The notes beneath the pieces were generated by a model. That model saw nothing but the letters and a program-made list of their open reading frames with translations. It searched no databases and had not been told where the DNA came from. The translations under genes and the position numbers were made by a program. Positions 1 through 13,927 of a stretch of DNA of 64,000 nucleotides are shown here, one piece after another. Position 1 is the stretch's first letter, and each line of letters starts with the position of its first letter. This DNA is from Octopus vulgaris (Eukaryota): contig OX597823.1 of NCBI GenBank assembly GCA_951406725.2, forward strand, positions 6,882,001-6,946,000, given 5' to 3'.

Positions 1-320
1 TCAGACAACAGACCCACTTGCATGCATTGTTATAAGCTAAAGTGTTGTCCTCAAAGACATTTTGTAATCGTCAGTGAATGTTCACAAGGGTTTCCCTGTC
101 AGCTACAAGAAATTCAACCACTACTCTTTGTTTTTGACGTAACTCTAAGGATGCAGCCCTTTTGAATTTTCCATACCAGTCTAAAAACCTGAAAAGTAAG
201 AAACAAAATATTTCAGAATGTAAATGATATTTATTTATAACTGGGGCAATTTTCAGTTATTTTTATCAAAAACTTCACATGAAATAAAGAAAATGGAATT
301 ACTTTTTTACTCGCCCTTGT
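1..320 (-). mobile_element. Mariner 5' fragment, duplicate of 2721-3058
   Basis: Near-identical to 2721-3058 apart from ~231-285; ends in the TIR-like ...ttttttactcgcccttgta next to (TA)n. Confidence 0.7.
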
Positions 321-394
321 ATATATATATAAATATACACACACACACACACACACACACATACACATATATATATATATATATATATATACGA

Positions 395-545
395 CGGCCT
401 TCTTTGTGTGTCCATGTACCAAATCCACTCAAGCCTTTGTTCGACCCCAGACTATAGTAGAAGACACTTGACCATGGTGCCATGTGGTGATATTGAACCT
501 AGAACTATTTCATTTGTTATCAAGCTGCTTACCACACAGCCTCCC
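395..545 (-). mobile_element. tRNA-derived CORE-type SINE head (decayed)
   Basis: Matches the reverse complement of the head at 5320-5472 (aaatccactc...gacacttg...accacacagc); duplicated at ~3150-3295. Confidence 0.7.
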
Positions 546-772
546 TCTCTCTCTCTCCATATATATATGTGTATATTTGTGTCTATAAGAAGACTCGGCA
601 AGCGCAAGTGAGACCATAACCTTGTGGCCTATGCCAGGGGTGTAACCAGCCCACTTATGCATGCCTTTCCTTCATTGGACACTAAACTCTGTTTGTGATC
701 ACCTGTTGAGGCAACAAATTCGATGACTAGCATCCGTGGTAGTAGAGTTCTAAGAGTACCGTACGAGTGAGA

Positions 773-1092
773 TCCGTCTACAACAAAAATCTAAATCGCA
801 TCTCATAACAACAATACGGCACAACTATTTCACCTCAATTGGACCCGCTCTCTTCAAAATTACACCAGGACACGTCAAAACAGAAACTGACCACACAAAA
901 TTCAAGAAGTCTTTGGACAAATTCCTTCAAACAGTCCCGGACAAACCACCCACACCCGGATATGTCTCCGCAAACAATAACTCTCTGCTCGAATGGGCCT
1001 TGGTGCCCAAATCCTGAATTGAAAGACTTCGCCAGGTGGTGCTATTAAGTTAGACATGGCCTGGGCCGATACTGGCCAAAACCTTTCTAAGT
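773..1092 (+). mobile_element. CR1/L2-type LINE 3' end
   Basis: Translates NYFTSIGPALFKITP...FKKSLDKFLQTVPDKPPTPGYVSANNNSLLEW, resembling a LINE ORF2 C-terminus; 3' tail ggtggtgc...catggcc precedes (TA)n; related decayed copy at ~9170-9380. Confidence 0.7.
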
Positions 1093-1108
1093 TCTATAGG
1101 TATATATG

Positions 1109-1233
<125 letters not shown>

Positions 1234-1639
1234 GTATATATGTGTGTATGTATATATGTATATATGTGCATATATATGTATATATGTATCTATATGTATG
1301 TATATATATTCATATATATGTGTATATATCTATATATACATTTGTATGTATGCATGTACATGTATTTATGTATGTTTGTATATGTATGTATATATATATA
1401 TGTATATATATATGTATATATAGATGTTTAACCTTTGATTCAATAACACTGTGTATAAACTCTATACTTGGAATGACCAATTTTAAATTCTAGTGGATTT
1501 TACTCCGCCTAAAAACAAATTGGATCTACAAATGCAATATCCCTACATATCTCACATCTGTCTTCTATTATTTTCTCCACCTCACTCTCTATTTTATATC
1601 TCATCTAAATTAGCTATTTCTTGACCATCCTCTCACACC

Positions 1640-1687
1640 GTCTCCGATGAAGGGATATAATAAATATCCTGGAAACAGCTGTAAGAC
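1640..1687 (+). ncRNA. Hammerhead ribozyme-like motif (type I, Penelope-pLTR style; U4C core variant)
   Basis: gtct-CCGATGA-agggata/tatcct stem II-gGAAAC-agct-GTA-agac; stem I gtct/agac, palindromic AGCT stem III loop, GUA cleavage triplet. Confidence 0.5.
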
Positions 1688-1787
1688 CTATCTATTAATG
1701 TGAGGGTCTAAAATCTACACAGTCTTGGTTTTTAGGACAATCTTATTATGAAATAAAATTTATATATATATATATATATATATCCTC

Positions 1788-1824
<37 letters not shown>

Positions 1825-1861
1825 GCATGTATATATGTATGTATACATATATGTATGTATG

Positions 1862-3058
1862 CATCAAAATGTGACCTCGTTGTACTGTTCTTTGAGCCAC
1901 TCCTTCACTATAGTTTGTCACTTCCTCGTCACTGGAATAGCGTTTCCTTCTCCTATCTTTCATGGGGCCGAAGAGCTCCGCTCGAAACGTCTGAAGATGT
2001 TAATTTGCTGGTGAGTTTGGAGGATGCAGTTAAGTTGTCCACTGAAGGCGATTGTCTCCTTTGTCCTGTGTGTGGTCGAGCATTGTCATGCAAAGGACAT
2101 TGCTTGACAACCAATTTAGGTATGTTTACGCATTCTGACTTCTTAGTTCTGAGTCTTGTGAGAGTATCAATGTCCCAAGCTTAAAAAAAAAGTGCTTGTG
2201 TTGATTCACTTTTGGCTAAGAAATTGACTTCAGAATAACACCTTGAGCATCCCACAAGACAGTTGCCATGATCTTTGTCCAGAAACTGACTTTTAGTCTT
2301 GAACTTTTTCAGTGGTAGTGTAGAGTGGTGCCTCTTTATTCCGGTTGATAATGATGAACCCATGTTTCATCACCTATTATCTAGCCTTCGATAGAAAGTG
2401 TTGTCTCTTTAACTTTGTTGAGAAGTTCAGTGCAGGCATCCTCCATCCAATTGCGTTCAAATTTGATATGTAGATATCGACGGTATCAGGCTGTGTATAA
2501 GTCTTGAAAAAATTACAAAAATTGATTCCAGGTGAGAATGTGATTGATAAACTTCCATGGCTCACTGCATTTTACTGCCAACTCATCAAGAGTTATGCAT
2601 CCTATCTTCTCTGATCAGAGCACCTGCTTTTGCTTTATTGGCAGGATCCACAGAAGTGGACGGCCGGCTTGCCAGAACGGGGTTTGTCGGCTACATTCAC
2701 AGTTCCTACTATTTCCTCTCTCAGACACCAAAGACCCACTTGCATGCATTGAAGATAAGCTAAAGACTGTTTGTCCTCAAAGACATTTTGTAATCGTCAG
2801 TGAATGTTCACTTAAGGGTTTCCCTGTCAGCTACAAGACATTCAACCACTACTCTTTGTTTTTGACGTAACTCTAAAGGATGCAGCCCTTTTGAATTTTC
2901 CTTAACAATCTAAAAACCTGAAAAGTAAGAAACAAAATATTTCAGAATGTAAATGATATTTAGCACTGTCCATTGGACAGTGGGCGTTTTGCTCATATAT
3001 ATATATATACTTTGAAATTACTTAAGAAAATGGAATTACTTTTTTACTCGCCCTTGTA
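1862..3058 (-). mobile_element. Tc1/mariner transposon, decayed, 3' end lost in (TA)n
   Basis: Minus-strand motifs IIGDETWVHHYQPE (~2340-2380), HPPNSP and LFGPMK...YSSDEEV (~1920-2030); 5' TIR tacaagggcgagtaaaaaagtaattcc at ~3032-3058. Confidence 0.85.
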
Positions 3059-3069
3059 TATATATATAA

Positions 3070-3151
<82 letters not shown>

Positions 3152-3880
3152 GCCTTCTTTGTGTGTCCATGTACCAAATCCACTCAAGCCTTTGTTAGAG
3201 AGACTATAGTAAAGAAGACACTTGACCATGGTGCCATGTGGTGATATTGAACCTAGAACTATTTCATTTGTTATCAAGCTGCTTGACACAGCCTCCCTCT
3301 CTCTCTCTCCATATATATATGTGTATATTTGTGTCTATAAGAAGACTCGGCAAGCGCAAGTGAGACCATAACCTTGTGGCCTATGCCAGGGGTGTAACCA
3401 GCCCACTTATGCATGCCTTTCCTTCATTGGACACTAAACTCTGTTTGTGATCACCTGTTGAGGCAACAAATTCGATGACTAGCATCCGTGGTAGTAGAGT
3501 TCTAAGAGTACCGTACGAGTGAGATCATTACCAGAGTAACAAGCTGGCCTCTGTGCCGATGGCACGATTATAAGATACCATTCGAGCGTGATTGTTACCT
3601 GCATCGCCTTACTAGCACTTGTGCTAGTATTCGAGGAGGTCGTTGCAGGTGGCACATAAAAAGCACCATTTGAGCGTGGCTGTTGCCAGTACCGCTTTCG
3701 TTCTCTTATTTCCCTCTATATTCCCCCTCTCCTCCTTTTCCACAATAATTCAAACTCAAATATTTTCTCACAACATCTCTGATGAAGGAATATCCATAAT
3801 ATCCCAGAAAAGCTGTAACGCTATTTCATTAAAAATGTCCTGAAAACTCATCACAGCCTTGGCTATGTTATCTCATTCTG

Positions 3881-3927
<47 letters not shown>

Positions 3928-4017
3928 ATCCAAGCAAGAAAACAAAAAAACACAGCAACGCAAGGACGTGGAACAAATAAAGTATTATTGGACGCTCAGG
4001 AAAGAAGGGAAGAAGGA

Positions 4018-4054
4018 GGGTTTAACGTTTCGAGTGGAGCTCTTCGTCGGAAAC
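4018..4054 (-). ncRNA. Minimal hammerhead ribozyme-like motif in a Penelope-like terminus
   Basis: Reverse complement reads gttt-CCGACGA-agagc tcca ctc-GAAACGTTA-aac, with palindromic AACGTT stem III. Confidence 0.5.
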
Positions 4055-4262
4055 ATAGGAGAAGGAAAGATCCCGAGAAGGGAAGACAGAGGAAAAAAAT
4101 CACCAACGGTACACACGAGGTCACATGTATACATACACACAAACACACACAGAGACAGCATAGAAAAGGTCAAGTCGAACCTGAGGCGTTAGATGAGTGT
4201 AATGGATTCAATAGAAGTTCAAAGCAGGCAAACTACTACTATGTATATATATATATATATAT

Positions 4263-4495
4263 ATCATCATCATCATCATCATCATCATCATCGTTTAGCA
4301 TCCGTTTTCCATGCTAGCATGGGTTAGACGGTTCAATAGGGGTCTGGGAAGCCAGAAGGCTGTGCCAGGCCCAGTCTGATCTGGCAGTGTTTCTACAGCT
4401 GGATGCCCTTCCTAATGCCAACCACTCCGAGAGTGTAGTGGGTGCTTTTTATGTGCCACCTGCACAGGTGCCAGACGAGGCTGGCGAACGGCCGA
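4263..4495 (-). mobile_element. RTE LINE 3' UTR fragment with (GAT)n tail
   Basis: Same sequence as the 3' end of the RTE copy at 60888-62130 (ggatgcccttcctaatgccaaccactc; ccatgctagcatgg). Confidence 0.8.
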
Positions 4496-4771
4496 TAAAG
4501 CTGAAGTTGTCTGCGCATGGCAGGTCTTGCAGCCTACCATGCGCAGACAACTATATATAAATGAATAATAACAGACGATGGATAATTGTCAGCTCATTAC
4601 AGCTGTTTCTTATGCATTCTTCTATTCTAAAATGCTTGAAAACCAGCTGTAATGAGCTGACAATTATCCATTGTCTGTTATTATTCATTTGATTATCATA
4701 CATCAAGGGGGTTTATGACTTGTCAGATACCCAAGAGTATATACATATGTCTGTATATGTATGTATGTGAT

Positions 4772-4872
<101 letters not shown>

Positions 4873-5319
4873 ATATCTTTGTACAAATATATATATATAT
4901 ATATATATATCTGTAAGGTACCTTGGTTCAGACCCAATGGGCAGTACCTTAGACAATTGTCTTCTCCTAAAATTAGTTCCAACCAAAAATATGTGAGTGG
5001 ATTTCATAGATAGAACTGGGATATAGCCCTCTATTTGTACATGTGTGTGTGCATGTGTGTGTGTGTGTGTTTGTGTGTGTGTGTGAGTGAGTGTATCTTT
5101 GCTTTAACACCATGCAAACGCTGTAAATAGACATCACTGCGATACAAGTGATATGTCCAGTCAAATGGAAATATTACCTTGCTTGGAAATAAGTTGAGCA
5201 AAGGAAGAGCATCCGGCCTTAGAGAAGAGTAATGAATTACATCTGACCTATGCAGGCATGAAATGTGGACATTAAATGTGATGATGAAATGTGTTTGTGT
5301 GTGAATAAAAATTAATATT

Positions 5320-5960
5320 GGCTGTGTGGTAAGTAGCTACCTCACCAACCACATGGTTCTGGGTTCAGTCTCACTGCATGGCACCTTGGGCAGGTGTCTT
5401 CTACTATAGCCTCGGGCTGACCAAAGCCTTGTGAGTGGATTTGGTAGACAGAAACTGAAAGAAGCCCATCGTATATATGTATATATATATATATATATAT
5501 TTCTTTACTACCCACAAGGGGCTAAACAGAGGGGACAAACAAGGACAGACAAAGGGATTAGGTCGATTACATCGACCCCAGTGCGAAACTGGTACTTTAT
5601 TTATCGACCCCGAGACGATGAAAGGTAAAGTCGACGAAATACTGCTAAGGTTTTCGCCCAGCGCACTGTTTCTGCCAGCTCGCCGCCTTATGTATATATA
5701 TATATGTATATGTATATATACATATATATGTATGTGTGTGTATATGTTTGTGTGTCTGTGTTTGTCTCCCCAACATCGCTTGACAACCGATGCTGGTGTG
5801 TTTAGGTCCCTGTAACTTAACGGTTCGGCAAAAGAGACTGATAGAATAAGTATTGGGCTTACAAAGAATAAGTCCTGGGATCGATTTGCTCAACTAAAGG
5901 CAGTGCTCCAGCATGGCCACAGTCACGTGACTGAAGCAAGTAAAAGAATAAAAGAGAATA
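5320..5960 (+). mobile_element. Composite tRNA/CORE-type SINE with internal (TA)/(TG) tract and CR1-like tail
   Basis: Head ggctgtgtggtaag...ggttcagtc...ccttggg; tail ...ccagcatggccacagtcacgtgactgaagcaag; interrupted by another SINE at 5498-5687. Confidence 0.8.
5498..5687 (-). mobile_element. SINE family B (Meta-domain-like), nested in the internal microsatellite of the CORE SINE
   Basis: Matches 23021-23251 (tatttcttta...cccacaaggggctaaac...tctgccagct) with an internal deletion. Confidence 0.8.
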
Positions 5961-6596
5961 TTTACGCACACACGCATGCAAATGAATTGTTTTCCTCCCA
6001 AATTTAACATTATCAGTGGTTTCCCCTCAAATTCAACTTTATCAAACCTAATCTCGTCAACGTCTGTCACAAGTATGTCATCGTCTGTCTCAGATAGATA
6101 CAGGTATCAATTTTGATTATGTCATTCCTGCATCTCAATTTTGTCATCGGCAATTTAAATGTTGTCACAGACATTGATATTAATGATTACTTGTTGCGGA
6201 ATTGTAACACAATGTAAACATTTAAAAGGATTATAAATTATGTATAATAAGACTTGTTGCACACTGTAAATATACATGCATACAGTATACTACATGGCAG
6301 ACTAAATACTATACTATGTACATATATAGCTTGACAAAGAGAAAAGTAATAACATCAGATTAACCTCTCATTCATTATTTGCATTTCTTAATTCTCTTAA
6401 CATCTTCTCATAACATCCAGCACAATCATGTTTGGTAGTCACTGCCAGTGTCTACGGAAATATGCATATTAATTCACATATTATAGGTTGCTTTATACAA
6501 TACTTACACACAAATTATACCAGTGTTAACTACGTGGAGTTCTTGCATAGGTTGCACTTACTAGGACATCAGTCTAGCAAAAGTTTGTATTGAGTG

Positions 6597-6660
<64 letters not shown>

Positions 6661-6729
6661 ATATCATCATCATCATCATCATCGTTTAACGTCCGTTTTT
6701 CCATGCTAGCACGGGTATATATATATATA

Positions 6730-7325
6730 TATGTATGTATGTATGTACATATAGATATATAGATATATGTATGTACATATAGATATATAGATATATGTAT
6801 GTACATATAGATATATGTATGTACATATAGATGTATAGATATCTGTATGTACATATAGATATATATAGATACATATAGATATATGTATGTACATATAGAT
6901 ATATGTATGTACATATAGATATATATAGATATATGTATGTACATATAGATATATATAGATATATGTATGTACATATAGATATATGTATGTACATATAGAT
7001 GTATAGATATCTGTATGTACATATAGATATATATAGATACATATAGATATATGTATGTACATATAGATATATGTATGTACATATAGATATATGTATGTAC
7101 ATATAGATAGATATATATAGATATATGTATGTACATATAGATATATGTATGTACATATAGATATATATAGATATATGTATGTACATATAGATATATATAT
7201 CTATATGTATGTACATATAGATATATATATATGTATGTATGTACATATAGATATATATATATGTATGTATGTACATATAGATATATATATATATGTATGT
7301 ATGTACATATAGATATATATATGTA
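6730..7325. repeat. Minisatellite built from ~20/30-bp units (atatagatatatgtatgtac)
   Basis: Visible tandem units with higher-order repetition. Confidence 0.9.
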
Positions 7326-7694
7326 TATATGGACACACACACACACTCACACATAAATACATTCATATATGTGCTCATCATCATCACCAATTAACGTCTG
7401 TTTTCCATGCTTGCAAATCCATGAAAAATAAATAGAAAGGATAAAACAAGAAAAGCCAAGTGGCCGTGCACAATGAATATATTAGATTGACACTCAGTGG
7501 AAGTTTTACATAGAAAAGTAGGAAGAGAAATGACATTTGAAGCTTGGCTCTTTGTTGGATGGAGAAAAATGTCCAGAGAAGAGGAAGAGGAGGAGGAGGG
7601 AGTAGAGAGTCTGAAGAAAAGCACGTGTCATTATATGGCAATTCATAAATATATTCATATATACACGAGTGTGTGTATGGATGTATTTATTTAT

Positions 7695-7755
<61 letters not shown>

Positions 7756-8539
7756 TATATATATATATATATACATGAATTTATGTATATGTATAAATGA
7801 ATATATATATCTATATATATACATATATATACATGAATTCATGTATATGTATAAATGAATATATATATCTATATATATATATGAATGTATTTATATGCAT
7901 ATATGTATAGATATATATAAATGTATGGTATGATTATGTGATGCGTATGGATCAGGACAGCTGTGTAAAGAAATGTTGATCTCTAACTGTGGAAGAGATA
8001 GACCCAGGAAGACATGGGATGAGGCAGTTTCTGTTGGCAAAGCTTTGGTTTGCTCAGGGCAATATGTAATAAAGCTAAAAGTCTGTTGTCCATCGTACCA
8101 TGTAGTAGGACTGAACCCGAAGCAAATTTCTTATATTTAGGAATACATATTTTTCTGAGAATATATATATGCATATATACAAAATATACATATTGTACTT
8201 ATTGTATCATATTACTCCTTTATGTACAGTTTTGTTCTATATCATTATGTTTGACCTTAAAGTTTCTTATGTAGTGGTTTAATAAAGTATGTGATTGGGT
8301 ATTATCTGGTAGTTGATATTTGATTTGGATGTATTTCTACATTTTCTTATTTTGTATTATGAATTTGAGGTAAAACATTTTACCTTTGCCCATACAATAC
8401 AGTAAATGAATTAATTGCATCGTAATTCTTAACATTTATGTATTAACTTTGTTGGGTACTTCACTAGCAGTATATTGGATATATGTTATCCCATGGAGGG
8501 TTGCATTTACAACTCCTATCTCAATTTGTATATATATGC

Positions 8540-8586
<47 letters not shown>

Positions 8587-8587
<1 letters not shown>

Positions 8588-8805
8588 TAGCAGCATAGCC
8601 CAGCGTTGCCCGGGTATGTAAGAACCCCTAGTAGGCAACGACTAATCCCAATCTAGTCCTTTCCCTCTAGGGAACGAAGGTGCATTTCTACGTGCTGGAT
8701 GCCCTTCCTAGGTTGCAATGTCTTCTCTTCACTCCCAAATAACTATCAGCTATCGATAATTCAACCCAACCAATTGCGTCCCCTAGACAGTCTGTGGTTT
8801 GTGTT
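8587..8805 (-). mobile_element. Short Helitron, 3' part
   Basis: CTAG terminus with gcccagcgttgcccggg hairpin; ttgcgtcccctagac.gtctgtggttt shared with 57471-57500. Confidence 0.65.
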
Positions 8806-8844
8806 TAATACACAAATCGGTTTGCTATGTGAAGAACCACATAT

Positions 8845-9087
8845 GATGGGGTGGATACAGATGTCTTTAAAATGAAGCTGGATCTCTTCCTGTCAGGTGT
8901 CCCAGATGAACCAACTTCACGGCAGGAGGGGCAGATGATGGCAGCTGCATCGAACTCTCTCATGCACCAAATAGCAGTTGCTAGAAAGCTTCCATGAAGT
9001 GAAACCAAGTAGCAACACCAAATGGCGGTGCCCCAGCATGGCCACAGCTCATAAGCTGAAACTAGAATCAATCAATCAATCAATCAA
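8845..9087 (+). mobile_element. CR1-type LINE 3' end with (ATCA)n tail
   Basis: [26 protein letters not shown]; near-identical to 43270-43510. Confidence 0.85.
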
Positions 9088-9817
9088 TATATATGTATAT
9101 GAATGTATATGAATATATGCACATACATAAGTGTATGAGATTATGTATCATCATCATTTCATGCTGATGATTATATATACGGAATCTGTACAAATATCTT
9201 CAAGGAATACCAGATAAGCCACCGATACCTGGACGCAACTCACTCAACAAGATCTCCTTATTCAAATGGACCATGATACCACAAAACCTGACTTAAAAAT
9301 GATTTAGCTTATCCTATCAGGTGGTGGTATTAAGTTAGACATTGCCTGGCCCAATCTTCGGTTGAAAAATATTTAAGTTATATATATGTAAATATCTATC
9401 TGCTCTCTATCTATCTGTCTGTCTGTATATATATATATATATATAGTCAATTCCAGGATGTCAAGTCCTCATTAGAGATTAAATAATCCAAAAATTTCAC
9501 TGGTTAATCACTATCATATAAAGAGAAAATCTTGATGATATGTCAGGGATTATTGTAATAATACATATTCTTCTGCCCCACATAGTTGAAAATGATGACC
9601 AATTCTTAACATTTGACCCTTCCCAAATGCTTAGAATTACGAATTACCTAGGGGCATGAATCAAAACATATATGTAGGTTTTTGACTTCTGCCATTTCTC
9701 TTTTTGAGCTCTATAATTTATTTGTATTGTTTTTCATAAAAAAAAACTTTCAATCTCATAATAATACCATGCAAATAAATTAATTATACATCCATAATTC
9801 TCCATTTTCTTTCTTTC

Positions 9818-9869
<52 letters not shown>

Positions 9870-10162
9870 ATTAATAAGGTATTATCAGTCAAGGCAGGAT
9901 ACTTAAGCTCTTTGCTAATACAAATAAACCAGGCTAACAAAAAGTTTTCTCATTAGTATAGAACTCCAAGTAATCCTACAGTAAGGTTCGAAGTCAACTT
10001 GGTAAATCTATGGTCACATCACACAGTTAATATGGCATGTTTTCAATGAGTGATACACAAGAAAAGGCATGAGTAATGGTCTTTACACATTCATTTATTT
10101 GTGCATTGTAGAAGATGCACAAAAAAATAAATGTGTAAGGCCCATTATTTATGCCTTTTCTT

Positions 10163-10520
10163 TTATTCTTTTACATGTTTCAGTCATTTGACTATGGCCA
10201 TGTTGCAGCACTGCCTTGAAGGGTTTTAGTTGAAGAAATCAACCCCAGGATTTATTCTTTGTAAGCCTGGTGCTTCTTCTATTGGACCCTTTTGCCAAAC
10301 TGTTAAGTTACAGGGACATTAACACCAACATCAATTGATAAGTGATGGTGAGGCGACAAACAAAGATGCACGCACGCGCACACACACACACACATATATG
10401 ATGGGCTTCTGTCAGTTTTTGCCTACCAAATCCACCCACAAAGGCTTTGGTTAGCCTGAAGCTATAATAGAAGTCACTTGCCAAAGGTGCCACACTGTGG
10501 AACTGAACCTGGAACCATGT
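10163..10520 (-). mobile_element. Composite CORE-type SINE (5' truncated)
   Basis: Reverse complement of the family at 5320-5960 and 10895-11285. Confidence 0.75.
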
Positions 10521-10894
10521 ATTTGTGTGTGTTTGTGTGTATATATATGTGTGTGTTTGTCTGTATATATATATGTGTGTATGTATATATAATGTGTGTG
10601 TGTGTATGTATATATACATATATGTGTATATATATATATATTTATATATATGTATACACGTATGTATATCTCTGTCGTATTTGTATTTGCCTCTGTCATC
10701 AATGTTTGCCTACAATTCCCAGCAGCTTTTTGCTGTTGACACCACCAAAAATAAATAATATTATCGTTAAAGGTGTGAAATCATAATGACTTTTGGGCAA
10801 TAATTGCTGAGGAAAGCACATGTCAATATCTTGTATGTCAATTTTCCATTTGTTCCTTGTTGGCCTTTTGTTTAATTTTTGAAATTATATATGT

Positions 10895-11285
10895 AGGCAC
10901 AGGCATGGCTGTGTGGTAAAAAGCTTGCTTCCCAACCAGATGGTTCTAGGTTCAATCCCACTGTATGGTACCTTGGGCAATTGTCTTCTACTGCAGCCCT
11001 GGACTGACCAAAGCCTTGTGAGTGTAGTTGATAGATGGAGACTGAAAGCCAATCTTATATATGTGTGTGTCTTTGTGTCTATGTTTGTTCCCCCACCACT
11101 GCTTGAAAACTGGTGTTGGTGTGTTTATGTCTCTGTAACATAGCAGTTTGGCAAAAGAGACCAATAGAATAGGTACTAGGTTTAAATAAATAAGTCCTAG
11201 GATTGATTTGTTCAACTAAAATCCTTCAAGGTGATGCCCCAGCATGATGGCAGTCAATTAACTGAAAAAAGGTAAAAGAGAAAAG
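10895..11285 (+). mobile_element. Composite CORE-type SINE, near full length
   Basis: A/B-box-like head tggctgtgtggt...ggttcaatccc, ccttgggcaa core, (TG) tract, tail ccagcatg...cagtcaattaactgaaa. Confidence 0.8.
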
Positions 11286-11665
11286 GGCTGTATGTGTATA
11301 TATAAAAAAAATAATAAAACATATGCATATATACATACATATATGTACGTACCTATATCTACATGTATATATACATGCATATATGGGTACAGGGCACCAA
11401 CAAAACGTCGGACACAATGAGAAACGAAAACATAAACACAAAACCAAGGAAATGGACATTTTTCTTAAACAACGAAAAAACAGAGTACAAGACATACAAC
11501 ACGAGGAACATTCCCCTTCTTCAGCCGCCTCTCTTTCATCTACTCCGCGTTTCCCCATATATGCATGTATATATACATGTAGGTACGCACATATATGTAT
11601 GTATATATGCATATATTTTATTTATTATTTTGTTATTATATGATAGAACACGCGCAATCCACTTC

Positions 11666-11707
<42 letters not shown>

Positions 11708-11954
11708 CTTAAATTAACAATTGAGGATAAAATCTTTAAAAGAAATTATCAGTAGTCAGCGTGAAAAACCTCGTAAGAGAAAAAATCCGTAAATTCTTCC
11801 TCTTTGAAAATTTAAAATGATGTGTTTTGAAGTTTTGCATTCGGTAAAATTTTGTTTATTTTTAGTAGTTTTGACCGCATTGGTCCCTCTTAGCGTGTTC
11901 GTATCTACGAATAGTAGTACCCTCAATATAATATAAATATATATATATATATAT

Positions 11955-12137
11955 ATCACATGATTGACCAGGCTATCAGATGTTATTACACATTGCTGGT
12001 CACAATGTGCATTTGCATTATTTTAACCTTCAACATGAAACAAAGTGTTTTGCTCAAGAACACAACATGCTGCCCACTCAGGAAAATGAACCCATGATCT
12101 AGTGATTGTGAGTGCAACAGCCTAACCACTAGGCCAG
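11955..12137 (-). mobile_element. tRNA-derived SINE (additional family)
   Basis: Reverse complement starts tggcctagtggttagg...gggttc (Pol III A/B boxes), then ttgtgttcttgagcaaaacacttt. Confidence 0.6.
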
Positions 12138-12250
12138 TTGTTTGACAGAGTGTAAGCATCTTGAGAGAAAAGTTGGGCATAAGAGGCATCAAATGTGGTA
12201 TACAAGAGACATTTAATGATGATGATGATGATGATATATATACATATACA

Positions 12251-12297
<47 letters not shown>

Positions 12298-12859
12298 TCA
12301 TCATCATCATTTAGCGTCCGTTTTCCATGCTAGCATGGGTTGGACGGTTTAACTGGGGTCTGTGAAGCCGGAAGGCTTCATCAGGCCCAGCCAGTTCTGG
12401 CTTTCCAGATCCCCGGTCGAACCGTCCAACCCATGCTAGCATGGAGAACGGACGTTAAACGATGATGATGATGATATATATATATATATATGTAACCAAA
12501 GTAGTGTAGTAATACAAGTCTGTATTTACCTTGTATTTTAGTTTATTAGGCATGGGACACTTCCTCCTGAAATTTTGAAATATGAGGTTATACTTTTTAT
12601 AACTTCCATTGATAACTTTGGTATGTTTCAGATCGGCCCAAGCCGTTTCTAACTTAGTAGCACCACCTGATTGTATCTGTTTTGCCTTTCCTCCTTGCAG
12701 AGAACAATAACATATGTACCGGTTGAGCACTGGGGGCAATTTAATCGACTTACCCTCTCCTCACTCTGAAATTTTTGGCCTTGTGCTAAAATTTGACACC
12801 ATTACGATGCTTACTAGTATTTGCTAATGTTTATTTTTTGATAATATATCTTCCCTGTA

Positions 12860-13270
12860 AGGCAGCAAGCTAGCAGAAATGTTAGCATGCCAGACGAAAT
12901 GCTTAGTGGTATTTCGTCTGACTTTATGTTTTGAGTTCAAATTCCGCTGGGGTCAACTTTGCCTTTCATCCTTTTGGGGTTGATAAATTAAGTACCTGTT
13001 GTGTACTGGGGTTGATCTAATCGATTGCCCCCCTCCCCCAAAATTTCAGGCCTTGTGCCTAGAGTAGAAAAGAATATATCTTTCCTGTATATAATTAGAA
13101 CGGTCAAATTCCGCTGGGGTCAACTTTGCCTTTCATCCTTTTGAGGTTGATAAATTAAGTACCTGTTGTGTACTGGGGTTGATCTAATCGATTGCCCCCC
13201 TCCCCCAAAATTTCAGGCCTTGTGCCTAGAGTAGAAAAGAATATATATTTCCTGTATATAATTAGAACGG
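12860..13270 (+). mobile_element. SINE family B with a ~170-bp tandem duplication of its 3' half plus flank
   Basis: tcaaattccgctggggtc...tataattagaacgg occurs at ~12936-13103 and ~13104-13270. Confidence 0.85.
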
Positions 13271-13533
13271 CGTTTAGAATCGTTATCTTTTATCTTTTGC
13301 TTGTTTCAGTTATTGGACTGCAGAAATGCTGGTACATCACTTTAAAGGGTTTTGTTGAACAAAATCCCAGCACTTATTTATTTTTCTAAACCTGGTACTT
13401 ATTCTACTGGATCTTTTGCCAAACCACTAAGTTATGGATATGTAAACATAACAACAATGTTTGTCAAGTGGTGGTAGGCGACAAATCCAAATGTAAAGTT
13501 TCTTCCCCAATATTTTTAAGGTTTATTTTTAAA

Positions 13534-13927
13534 CTAGCAGTATTGCCTGGCGTTGCTCGAGTTTTTTTTTGACTCTTTAGAATTGGAATTTTTGAAAAGT
13601 AAAAATTTCGCATTATGTAGCTTGTTATTCTCTTTAAGTAAACATTTTTCTGGTTCAAATAAACTGAAAAATGGCGACACAGCAGTCAAAAAATCATTAA
13701 AAAATAGGGATTTTCATAGAAAAAAAGCACCTTTTTGATGTAAATAATTTTTGGTCTTAACATGGTCCGATTTGAACTTTATCTTCTATGGAATGAAGAG
13801 CAAGCCTTCTTCTATCATACTCTCAATTTTGGTCAACTTGCGCAACAGGGTCTCGGAGGAAATAGTGTTAGTTGAAGGCCACCAAACCTGCCATACACAG
13901 ACAACTTCAGCTTTATATATAGAGAGA
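13534..13927 (-). mobile_element. Non-autonomous Helitron
   Basis: Minus strand 5'-TCTCTCTATATAAAG...subterminal hairpin-CTAG-3', inserted between A and T. Confidence 0.75.
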
